A stretch of DNA of 64,000 nt from a virus (Duplodnaviria > Heunggongvirae > Uroviricota > Caudoviricetes), in IMG/VR virus record IMGVR_UViG_3300029747_000004. One strand, given 5' to 3'. The stretch's first letter is position 1; each line of letters opens with the position of its first letter. Positions 9,266 to 21,800 of the stretch are shown here, one piece after another. The position numbers were made by a program, and so were the translations under genes. The notes beneath the pieces were generated by a model, which saw only the letters and a program-made list of their open reading frames with translations, made no database searches and had not been told where the DNA came from.

Positions 9266-11649
9266 ATCCCATACTTGTCTATATATGCATTCTGAGTCCC
9301 ATCAATATTTTTAAGTGCCTCAATAGAATTTAATAAGCCTTCTTCAAGCCGTAAATCAATACTATTAGCCTGTTCAGAACCTTTTGTCCAATAACTTGCA
9401 TTGGTTGCTACAGACTTGCCTGCACTTATAGCTTTCGACAGCAAGTCTGCATGAATATCGGATTGAGTTCTTAAACTAGTTAGCTCACCGAATTCACATG
9501 AAAAGTCGCTAAAATCATCAAAATTAATATCAACCTGCAACAGTCTAGACTGTTTAACATAATCGCTTCTCAACCCAACCTTAATAACATTGCCGAGCTG
9601 AAATTGATCTACAATTGGTTCAAATTCTGACAACGCATATATGTTTGCCATAGACATTGAAAATTGTAATTGTGGCTGACATAATTTCTGCAATTCAATC
9701 CTGCCTGACTCCATAGCGTCTTGCTTAAGCTGGAAGGACTCGACTATTGTTGTGTATTCAGTTTCAACAATATCATCTAACTTGAGCTCATCTTCTCGTA
9801 TAAATGCACTTAAGCGGATCAATTGATCTTTTGTAAAATTGTTCTCCATTATAAGACCATTAGCAATATCTGAATTTGACTTTTGAATTTTATTATACTG
9901 TTCTTCATAAATAGCGATAGAAGATTCCCGCGCCGCAATAGCTTTCTCAATAGAATTTAAATATAATACAACAGGATAATAATAACCATAATTGTTGCTA
10001 TCACTTTGCGACCAGCCTGCTTCAATATTAGTAATTTGAACCTGCTTATATGATTCATAATACAAAGATTTAAGAGGTGTTCTACCTATTTGTTCCCACA
10101 TTTCTGCAAGGAAATTATTAATCGCACTTTCTACTTCAAGATTACTTGTTCGGTTATCAGTAACTTTAGACAATTCGGTTTTCAGATATGTGAGAGTATA
10201 AGTTTCCATAAACTTAAAATCAGTAGACAATTTATCTAGTTCTTCCGCCCAATTTGATTCATTATTAAAATACTTCTTTAACACCGCATATAAATTCTCA
10301 ACTTTTGTTTCATCTAGATTTGCCGTATCCATACTATAATATGTTGTATTAACATTATAATCTGCTGGCAATGTAACCTCTGTATAATAATAATTTGGTG
10401 CTGTGCCTCCGCGAATATAATAAGTGCCAATTGTAGTTTCATTAACACTATTAGCTATAGAGTACTCTAACGAGAGCCTATTTTCTTCAAAATCAATATA
10501 GCCTGCAAGCTCCAACATTTTTTGAGAATTATTAGTGTATTCAGATTGATATTGATTGCTTTTCTGTATATATGCAGTATAAGCATTATATAGCTCTTGC
10601 CCCATCCAATCAACAGTATAGTAATAGGATAAGTCTGTTATATATGGAAGCCCCATATTAGCTTCTCTGATATCTAAATCGTCACCATAAGTAACCGTTA
10701 ATTGCGTTTTTATGCTGTCGGCATCATAGTTGATATTAATTTCTTGCGAAAGATTATCAAACGTTACAAATACATCAGTTTCCCATTCGGTTAGTGCCCC
10801 GTCAACAACCTCAACGTGCGCCCCTGACACAGGAATATCTTCTAAAGTCAACGCCCCGGTTGTTGAATTATATTCCCATCTAGTTGTTTTATATCCGTCC
10901 ACTGAAACCGTACCAATCTGAGAAAATGGTGGAGAAATTGTAAATACATTTGTTGCGCCATCACCTATAAACTTTGAAGTTAATGATTCAGCATAAACGT
11001 TGATTGTGTTATTGATAGTATCAAATACAATATAACAATTAAATTTTTCGCAAACTTCATTCATTAAGAAATCATAAATTGATTCTCTGTCTACTTCAAA
11101 TTGACGACTAAGAGTTTGTAATGAAGAATCTACATGACCGATAGACCACCCATACGCCTTTTCTAGAATTAGATGAAGTAAGCTTAGTTTTGTATTATTA
11201 GGATTATATAATGTAATTGGTATAATATTATCTGGATTGTCCGCATTCAGTACCTCTAATGACTCAACTGTACCTTGGTTTATATAAAAATCTTCTAAGT
11301 ATTTCGTAGACAAAACATACTCATAACTATATGCGGTGATATTTTTTGCTTCTTTGATCCCGTCCCCAGTTAGTTCTGGCCCCTGTATTTCAAAATAACC
11401 AAAGTTCTCTAGGTAAAGCAAACGTAAAGCTTCGACTTTATCATAATATGGAAACACTTTTATTTCACCTGTGATTAAATCATTATAAGTTCGTGCAATT
11501 TCAAATGTCAGTTCTGAATAAGCATTGAACTTAAAGCTACCATTTAAATTTGTGACATCTAGTTGAGTAATCTTATCTTTATTAGTTTCACATAAAAAGA
11601 GCCGAGGTCTGGTATAATTCCCCGACAACAAGTCTTTAGGAAGTCTCAT
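9266..11649 (-). CDS. baseplate hub/tail-spike (Tal-like position) protein, exon 1; spliced product 1012 aa
   Basis: Follows Dit. Phage tail endopeptidase/spike-like architecture (C..VFDT...TIN, FQLGN.I.V...RL..V.I.F). 2384 nt + 655 nt = 3039 nt, in frame. Confidence 0.8.
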
Positions 11650-11678
11650 ACGCCTCCCTCCTTTCTAACTACTTCATT

Positions 11679-12746
11679 TTATCCAAGCACTTCTGTAAGC
11701 ATCGCATTAAGTTTATTTTCATCAATATCAATTTGAACAGACGCAATCAATGCATCAACTTCATCTTTTGTGTATACATTTTTAACAGTTACGTTTGCTA
11801 TTTTATTGTCTACTTCAGACTTTGTGTATGCATTTGTTATGCCATATCCACTTAAAGTAGACGGTGTATCTGAAATTCTTGCCCATGGTAGTGTGTCTAA
11901 AATTATCTTGCCTGACTCGTCGCATATAGGATCTGAACTCGCATTTAATCCACTAACGCAATCTCCTACTTTTATACAATATATATATTGAAATGTAATG
12001 TCACCCTTACCTGTAATGGTAAAATTATTCATTCCACTTTTAAGCCGAGGCCATATATAATTAAAATCACTTCCAAAAATACGCGACGGTTTATCTGAAG
12101 TTATCATTAAATTATCAGATAATGTTACAACTTCATTTGTAGCTAAATTATTAACTTGTGTTGTTTCACCTAATGTATTGTTGTTAATAATCAATGATTT
12201 CCCCGATGTGTTTTTGAATATTGTATTCATTGTGGTAAAAATATACATATCGTCAGACAAATTATTAATTTGTAAAGTTTCTTCACCAGTCAATGTTTGT
12301 GATATAGTTTGTAGCGGTGAAAAGCACCATGGGGAACTAGATTCCATAGTAATAATAAATCCAACAATACGAGAATCTATTTTATACGGGCGCACATTTT
12401 GCGCAAAACATAACATTCTATATTTAACCTCATCGCCGATATATAGATCCATCCAGCTATATTGTGTTGCACCTGTAAGCCATTTATATATCTCTCTAGT
12501 TTTTTCAATACCAAATTCTTTGCTGTCAGGTTTCATAACTGTTATATCTAATCTAGCAACATCAGAATATTTACTTCCATACATTGTTCTTTTTGTACCA
12601 CGTGGAGAATCTGTATAAATAGATTCCTGCGACATATAGCTATCAGTTTCTCCACTGTCTCCACTATCAAAATGAATTATTTGTAGGTTAAAATCCTTAT
12701 ATGAATTCTTACCTAAATAATTGAACGAGGTATGATAACTCGACAT
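11679..12746 (-). CDS. distal tail protein (Dit-like) with fibre-like C-terminal extension
   Basis: Directly after the tape measure. F.YLGKNS..DF.L...KWL...SPW...WPRL..G.N.F motifs. C-terminal TLSGYGITNAYTKSEVD repeats. Confidence 0.8.
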   Translation of the reverse strand: MSSYHTSFNYLGKNSYKDFNLQIIHFDSGDSGETDSYMSQESIYTDSPRGTKRTMYGSKYSDVARLDITVMKPDSKEFGIEKTREIYKWLTGATQYSWMDLYIGDEVKYRMLCFAQNVRPYKIDSRIVGFIITMESSSPWCFSPLQTISQTLTGEETLQINNLSDDMYIFTTMNTIFKNTSGKSLIINNNTLGETTQVNNLATNEVVTLSDNLMITSDKPSRIFGSDFNYIWPRLKSGMNNFTITGKGDITFQYIYCIKVGDCVSGLNASSDPICDESGKIILDTLPWARISDTPSTLSGYGITNAYTKSEVDNKIANVTVKNVYTKDEVDALIASVQIDIDENKLNAMLTEVLG

Positions 12747-12781
12747 GTTCTATTCTACCTCCCTTTTATTACTTAAATATA

Positions 12782-12815
12782 ATAAAGAGAGGAAGATTTC
12801 TCTCCCTCTCTTATA
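12782..12815 (-). terminator. intrinsic terminator after tape measure
   Basis: Minus strand ATAAGAGAGGGAGA-GAAA-TCTTCCTCTCTTTAT. Confidence 0.6.
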
Positions 12816-12818
12816 TAA

Positions 12819-15800
12819 TTATCTCGCAAACTTGCGAAGTGCATTATTAAGATTTTTAGTATGCTGCTCAAGAGCCTTATTAACAACTTTTGTAATCTCA
12901 TCAGGATTATTTCCATCAAAGTTTTCAATTGAAATTAAAGTTCCGATGCTATTATCAACACTTAATTCCATAGTATTATTAATAATACTTGGGCTTACAC
13001 TAGCTTGTGGTCTATTAATGTCTAGCATGTACTGTGGATCTAGCTGCCCGAGTTTCATGAGATTTTCCGAAATACTATGTGGCAACACTGCACTACCTTT
13101 TGTAAGATAAGCAAGTTTACCATCTTGGGCGTGAAGAACAATTTCCTCCAAACCCATTTCGTCAATCCATGCAAACTGGTCTGTGTCAACCCCAGTAGTA
13201 CCAAATTTATAACCTTTTGCTCTGAACTTAGCACGAGTATTCTTACCAACAATACCATCAGCAGAAATACCCATAGCCTTCTGGAATGCTCTAACCGCGC
13301 TCTTAGTTCCAGAGCCGAATTTTCCATCAACACTCTTAGTACCAGAGTTTCCGTAGCCAAGTTGATTTAACGCATACTGAATAGCCTTAACTTGATTGCC
13401 CCTCGCACCTTCCTTGATATTACCACTAGTTTCAGATGCTTTCCCATATGGATAAGACTTACCGCCGCTATCTCCACCACCGCTATTACCACTGCTGCTT
13501 CCACTAGAGCTACCACCGCCACTTGATTCTTCTTGCTTAGGAGGTTTATACTCCGCTGATTGATAACCTGTTGCGTTGTTTTTAACAGTATCAACTGACG
13601 TGGAGCCAGATTTCTCAATCTTCTCCATGGTTTCCATGAACTCTAGCTCAAGTTTTTTTAGTTCATCTACTGTTGCACTCATGGCGAGACCAAATTTCTC
13701 AGAGAATACTTGAATTGCATTTTCTCCTTCCTTCCAAGGAGAAGTTAAGGATTCGGTTATAGATAAGCCATATTCTTTACCCATCGCCTGTAGCTCTTGA
13801 TAAATTGCATCAGTATTCGCTTTGACGACGTCTAGACTATCTGCGACGACTTGATTTGTATTTTCTAGGTATTCGTCCCAGCCATCCATTTCATCATTCT
13901 TAGCATCTTCGAAATTCTCTAGCTCTTTGTCTAAAGCTTCTTGTTGTTTGGATACTGAACGGTCATAGTAAGTTTCTTCCAAATCTGCTTGCGCATCCAA
14001 AAGTTCCGCTTCAAGTTGTGCACGTTTTGCTCTTGCCGACGCAGAATTATCTCCGGCTAGCGCCGCGAGTTGCCTCTGGATTTTTGCGATATCTTTTTGT
14101 TTTTCATTTACACTTTTCTGGAAGTCATACAAATCTTTTTCTGAATCCAATTCTTCCTTTTTCTTATCGATAAGTTCCTTGTAGGCGTCTATTTCTTTCT
14201 GAATACCGTCCTTAATCGCTTCTACTCGTGTTTTATTCAGATCAACAATAGCATCTTTTGACTCATTATAAGCCTTAATTGCATCGTACTGCCCAGACTT
14301 CAATTCATCAAGCTTATCAATATACTCTTCCTCAGTATAGCCGAGCTTCTTCCAATTCTTATTAAGATAATTTATTTGTTCTTCATATTTCTTGGCTTGG
14401 ACTTCCGCAGCATCCATCTTCTGCGCATACAAACCAAGTGTGGTGATACCTTCGTCAGTCCATTCGGCAGTATCCTTATTTACTAGGTCTTTACTGCTCA
14501 AAACATCAATTAGATTGTCTGCTTCATCTGACACAGCATTAAGCTTGTCTATCAAAAGATCAAACTTATCCCAATGCAGCTCGTTAATTGAATCTTGATA
14601 ATCTTCTATATCTGTTTTGAGTTCTATAATTTCAGTATCAACAGCAGAAATGTCATTAACTACATCATACCAATCTTGAGAATATTTTTTAATATTTCCC
14701 GCTTCAACTTGTTTATTCAGCTCTGCTAGCATCGCATCACGTTGTTTTTGAAGTATATTGATATTTGATTTATTCTCAGACATCATAGCCTGATAAATCT
14801 TTTCTGATTCAAATCCAACATCAGTTTCAAGTAAAGAGTTGTACGCTTCGTATTGATCTATTTTACTATCTCTAATAGATTTTTTATTGTCGTACCCCTC
14901 CGCAATGTTATCAATTTTTTGTTTCGCAAGAGTAGATATTTCTGTATTAAGCTCTTCCATCTGCTGTACAAGATCTGCAACTTTTTGTGCCCAATCACGA
15001 TAATTATTAATTGCCTCAAGCGTTTTTTGATCAGCGTCTCCAGCAAACTCTCCAATCGCAACCGCACCATCTTGAGTCATCTTACGATATTTTTCTGGAA
15101 TTTCTTTTAGTAATTTATTAGAATAATCCGTATATAAGTCTAAACCTTTTTTAAGAGTACTTAACTTATTCTTATTAACATTAATAATCTGATCTAATAA
15201 ACTATTTTTTGCGCTAATACCAACAGCATTCTCTAGTTTTGCATTCATTAAATCAAGTTGCTCGTTAATCTCTTCTAAAAGAACCTCAAACCAGTCAAAT
15301 ATATCTTTATCTACTTTATCACTATTAGAAGATTTGTTATTCGAACTCTTACTATTTCCAGAACTAGATGGCTGGCTATTTGATGCACCACCTGTCCATA
15401 TTGTGACATGAGCATTACCTTCTTCATATGCTGTACCATTGGCGTGCATTTTACCACGAGAAGAAATATGACCATGCTTGAACAAATCTTCAGTTTGTTT
15501 ATGATTAAAAATTATTGCACCTTTGGGTAAATCTACAAGCTCGGCCCCATTGTCACCAACAGTATAATATTTACCTGTAGCCGGGTCTACTATTGTTTCT
15601 CTGCCCAGCTCTCCCACAAGAGAATCATGCTCACTATGAGAAAGCCCCCAATTTCCAGAAGCATGAGCAGAACCACGCACATTCGCTGTACCACCGCTAT
15701 GAGCTGTCCCATCTGCGTTAAGCGCAATAGTTCTAGTAAATGTTGTTACAAATACTGACTTTGATTTAACTTCTGCAATCTTATCAATCAAGCCTTGTAT

Positions 15801-18800
15801 AGCTTGCTTGGCACTAGTTGTATTTATATTAGGATCTGGAATATTCTCAATAGCTGTTTGCGCAGCCTCCGCAGCAGTCTTAACATTATTAAGTTCTTCA
15901 GTAGAATCATTTGGGTTTTCATCTGCAAGTACTGTTATTGTATATTGATCATTTAGTAAATCCAAATAATTTTGAATTGCCGCTTTCTCTGTATCGTTTA
16001 AAGTAGCCTCAACGTTAGCGGGAATTGTCCATTGCCCGTCTTTATCCTGCTTTAGTTTTGGAACAACATCTACTGTGAGTTCTGCATTATCCGCTTTCCA
16101 TTGTTCCATTTGTTGATCAATAGTGTCTAATGCAATTTGTATTGTCATCTCAGTTGGCTCTTCTAACCCATACTTTTTCTGTAATGCTTCCGATAGCTTA
16201 GTTGATGCGGCTTCAAGTTCTTCTGTTTTAACTTTAATTTCTACCTCAGAACCGCCATTCTCTTTTAGTTCGTTTAGTTCTTTTGTTAACCGCTCTACGT
16301 TAGATTTAGCAGTGTCCACTTCTTTACTTGCCTCTACCCATTGCGTTGCATTGTCTACGGCAGCTTGTCCATTTTCGTTTAGAGTATCTGTGAGCTCTGC
16401 ATATTTTTCTGCATATTCTTCTGCGGAAATTTCACCATTAGCTAACTGTCTTTCTAGATCAGCAAGCGCCGCAACATTTTTATAAATATCTCCTTCTAAC
16501 GTCTTAGGAAGTAATTGTTCTAGCAGACTTGTATAATCGCCATCAAGCCATTCGATATCGTGATCTGATAAAGTCTCTAAAAAAGCAAATGCAACTTCTT
16601 TTGTTACACCCATTTGATCAGCAAAATCTTTCAGTGGATCTTTAGAACCTTCTATGCTCTTAATAAAATCTTCAGACAACTCAAAATGCTGCCAATCGTC
16701 GCCTTCAAAAACAGTACCTAGCCCATCTTCTATAAATGTCTGTAAATTTTCAAGCTTCATTTCGGCACTTGTAATATTCCCATTGTCATCAAATTCTAAC
16801 GAGAAATATTTGGACAAATTGCCTTCTTTAAAGTAGCTATAAATTGCTGCCATTTTTTCATCGACAGTATCTAAGTCTTTATAAACACTTTCTGGAACCA
16901 ATCCGGCAATTGCAGCTTGTGCAGTTTCAGATCCAAGTTCTGCAGTATTAAATGCTTGTCCAAGAGCAAGCATCATATCTTCCGCAGAACCTATATAATC
17001 TGTTTCAGAATCTGCCGTTTGAGCATCAGCAAATTTTTCATACGCATTTGCAGCCCCAAGAAGTTGCGTTTCAAGTAAACTATATTTCGCAATAGTCTTT
17101 TCAAGCGCAGACATTTGATCATAAAGAGAATTAATATAATCTAATGTTGCTGTATTAGTAACTTTTGTTCCATTAGTTAATTCTCTCATTTCTTTATACA
17201 ACGCATAATAATCAAGCCTTGCTTGAGATTTAGCAAGTTTAATATTTTGTGTAGTATTTTTCTTGGCTAATTTTACAAGTCTATCAAGAGCTTTTGTGTC
17301 CTTAACAACGAGGCTAGTCTCATCACCGAAGCACGCAATTACATCTTCTTTACTATCTGCCATTTCAACAAGTGCATCATGATATTCTTGAGAAACCTTA
17401 GTATTTTCTCCTATAATTTCTTCAGTTTGTGACAACATGTCGTTAAAAGATACAACATCGCTTTGAAGTTGCGAATATGATTCCACTGACGTTAACTTAT
17501 AACTTTCTGGATTGCTGAAGCTCCATGTACTATTTACACCAGCCTGCACTGCTGCGCCCGCAGCCTCGCCAGTTTTTTTTGCAGAATCTTCATCAACTTC
17601 TGTTTCAAGTACTATCGTGCCATATAAATCAGCCAAAATTTTATTTGGATCTTCACCATTTGCAAGTGATTCCTTCAATTCTTTAAGAGTTTTCCATTTA
17701 CTAGCAAGGTCATTAAAATAAGCTCCTTGTTCTGGGGGCATACGTATTCCTTGGCCCCATGTTTCGTCCGCTATTCCTTTTTTGATTTCACTTATATAGC
17801 CCATATAAGAATCAATTGTTTTCTCAATTTCTTGAGGAAATATCATAGTGCCTTTGTTAGCATTCTTTTCAAGGTTGAACATCATATCTTCAACAGACAT
17901 ATTTGCTTCTTTCGCAGAATCCTCTATAAACTTAAAGTTTTGAGCAATAGCGCCATCCGTGCCAGCATAATGCATAGCCTCTCCAGTTTGAATAGCAGTA
18001 TCGCCTACGTCCGCAATAAGTCCTTTAATTCTTTGTCCATCAATCTCAAGCCCTTCAACATCAAGGCGAAGTAAATCTTCGCCAGTCCACCCTTCACTAA
18101 ATTGAGTACCTGCTTTGTCAATAATACCATACATATATTCAGATACAGTATTTTCATCAAGAAGGACTGGACCATTTTCTGTTTGCAATATAGGAGAAAA
18201 GGCAATTTCAACAGGAAAAAATTCACTACTTGCCCCCATAACAGTAGACAAAGTCCCAGAAAAATCTTTAACTATCTCATCCCATGATAAATCATCATAC
18301 CATGACATAAGCTCATTTTTGTACTTGTTTAAATTATTATCATTCCACTCTAGAACTTGTCTATTATTGGTATCGATATTACCAAATTTTGTTTGATTTG
18401 GATAAAATCCAAGTTCAGCAAATTTAGCAATATCTTCTTTATATTCTTTATATGCTTCTGCTAGCGCTTTAGGAATATCAAATACTACTGGCAATTCTAC
18501 TGGCTTATCTGTCGGCACTTTGTTGCCACCTTCACGTTTAGCTCCACCGAAGTTGCCACCTTCACCACCATGGGCATTTTCAGATGATCCACTATCATTA
18601 GAAGGCGTTTCTTCAGATTTTGGCTCATCCCCCGCTATAGTTGCAACATTCTCGTTAATTTCACTCAAAAGAGTTTCTGTTGTAGTAAAACCACTCTTTA
18701 AGGCATCATCAATAAATTGATTCGTATTATATAATGATACATATCTCTCAAGATCTTCGTTATTAACACCATCTTTGACTTTCATTGTACCATCTGTATC

Positions 18801-21800
18801 AATTGTTACACCTGCATCAACCTCTTCTTGGCCAATCTTTTTCTTAAGATCCTCTAACTCTTCTTCGACATTTTCTTTTGAAATCTCTAAATCAAAAGTT
18901 GTTGGCTCTTCAAATTGTAGCAAATAATCACTAATTTCCTGAAAAACGTTTTCAACAGTTTGTTCTTCTTTGTCTTGAAGCCCTATTTCAATTATTAGTT
19001 CCTCTGATAATGCCTCGCCAACCGTTTTTGTCGGATCATTAAGCGCATCAACAATATCTAAATATTTTGTAGTATCTGATGTAATTTGCTTTTTAACTCC
19101 CGCCTGTTGAGACTGTATAAAACGTATGTCTGCAGTATTTGCAGTCAAATCAGCACCTTGCGCCATTAATTCTTTTCTAGTTTTTAATGCCTGTTCAAGT
19201 TGTGTATTTAAAATAGTAAGCTGGCTAGTCGCACTATTGTCAAGTTGGAACAACATAGATAGTCCAGCGCCATTAGCATTATACTTATCCATTTCAGAGA
19301 ATACAGCATAAACATAAGCCTCAGTTACACCCATTTGATCTGCAAATTTCTTTAATGCGTCTTCGCCGTCTTCTAGACTCAGCATAAACTCTGATGAAAG
19401 TCCAAAGGATTCTATACCAGAACCGCTAAATAATCCTTTGGATTGAGCTTTTTTAACAAAGTTCTCAATAGAATCAAAATCAATAGAGAACGAATCTCCA
19501 TCAAGTGTTAAATCAGCAAACAGATTGTCTTCTAAATAATTCTTAATTGCACTAATTTGCTTATCACCAGGTATTAATCCAGCATAAATATCATCTGGAA
19601 CAGCAGCCTTAACAGCCGCCCAAAATTGTGCAGTTCCAACTTCACCGGTCTTATAAATAGCATCATACATAGTTTGGACCATTTCAACCATAGTAGACCC
19701 ATATGTATTTTGCGCATCCATGTCTTGTGCATTAGTAAATTCGGTAAAAGCATTTGTTGCACCCAATAAACTATCTTCAAGAGATTGATATTGATTAATA
19801 ATAGTTCTAAGTGCATCAGCCTGGTCAAAGAGCGAGTCAACCAATTCTTGATTAACATTCTCTAAAACATTTGTACTTGCGATTTGATCAGAAATACTTT
19901 GAATAACATCTGAATACTGGAGTTGTGCCTGTGATTTTGCAAGTTTAGTTTCGGTTGCGAGTTCTTCTTTTTTGCCATCAATAAGTTTTTTAGTTAATTC
20001 AACATTTTTTACAATATACCCGTCACTAGTATCTATACAATCAATGAACTCTTCTTCTGAGCCAATTAACTCACTAAGCGCCTCGTACTGATCTTTTGAA
20101 AGTTCAACACCATCATATACGGATTCACCTAATATTTCATTAATGTCTTTGTATTTTTCGGCTTCAGACGAGAGCACAGAATATGCCTTCCCTACAGACC
20201 TAATGTTATCAGCCATTGCTTCTGCAGGTTTTCCGTTAATTAAACCAAAATTTGTTAGGATGGAAATTAACGTTTCAATGCTAATACCCGCGTTGTCTGC
20301 CTCTGATTGTAATTCGATCAAGCCTTGTATCTGATCGTCTGTATACGCGCCACTTTCATCGATTGCACCTTCGACGTTAAGACCTCTTGACACCATGTCT
20401 TTAATTTGGTTGTTGTCTAGTTTGGATAGACCACTATCATTTATGACGGATTGAATACTTTTCTTCAACTCCGAATCGTCGGCTGTAAGATTTAATTCGA
20501 ACTCTTCGGTTGCAAATTTTCCATCAAGCCCGTCGAAAAACTCATCCATATAAGATTCTGTTGCGTCTTCTTTCGCAGCGGCAGTTGCAGCATGATACGC
20601 ATCCAATGCGTCTCTCATCCCATTTTTGTCACCTTTTGTTTGAGCTTCTAAGAAATCGTCTTGTATCTGGAGTATCTCCATATATTGGTCGGTGTATTTA
20701 GCGATTGCAGTTTTTTCTTGAGCCTCGGCTATCAATGCTTTATTGGTTGCATAAGTTGAACCTTCACCAAAATTATCATTCTTAAACGTACTGAGATCTT
20801 CTCTGTAATCTTCCAACTGTGAAATGTCTTTTTCTAGTTTTTCGCGACGAGATTCTGATGATTCGACTTTCAATTCATTTCGTAATTCGTCCTCATAAGC
20901 ATCAAGCCATTCTTCAAATGCTTCGACTTCTGATTTAACTTCCTCTGCCGAGCCTTCAAAATAAATATCATGCTCTCCTTTGCTTCTTCCTCTTTGTGAC
21001 ATATGTTCTCTGCTATTAATGTATTTTGCAACCTTATTGTAAACATCTTTTGTTACTCCCCAGTTTCTAAAAGCCACTCCAAAATCAAGAAAACCTCTTC
21101 CAAATTTATCTTCATCATCAAAATACTTAACGGCATCATTAATAGCCTTTTGATTGCTATACACCCAATCTTGCGCGTCCTTTTTCTCCAATTCATCAAT
21201 CGCGTCTATTTGATCTTCAATAGCACCAGTTACTAAATTTATGCCCTCTTTTTCAATACCAAACTTGCTAATAAGTTCGTCTTGAATTGTTAATAGTTTT
21301 TGTCTTGCGTCATAAGCTTCCGACTGAGACAAATTATTAGAATCAAGTGATTTTCTTAACTCTTTTATTTGCTTTTTATAATCGTCTAAAGAACTAAATT
21401 CTTCACTCAGCTTTTCTGCATCTTTTGTGGCTTCTTTTGCAGCTTTGGCTGCTTCTTTTTCGGCATTAATCAATTTTGAAATACCAGATACGACAAAAGA
21501 TATTAAAAGTGATAAACCCATACTCAAAGCAGCATTCAATGCCGCATGTGCCGCCGCCGACGCATACGCATTAAAAGTAGATTGCTGAAGCCCCGCATTA
21601 TGCTGTTGAATAAATTGTTGGAATCCAGTAAGACTATAATTGCCATCATCAACTGATGCAACATAGGCTTTTAATGCCACGTCACTATCGTCTAATCCTT
21701 GCATATAGTTTGCCAATGCAGATTGACCGTTTTTGGCAGCTTCTGTAATTTCATCTATTTTTTTAGCAGCGTCTTGCTCATCACCGATTGATAGTTTTAC

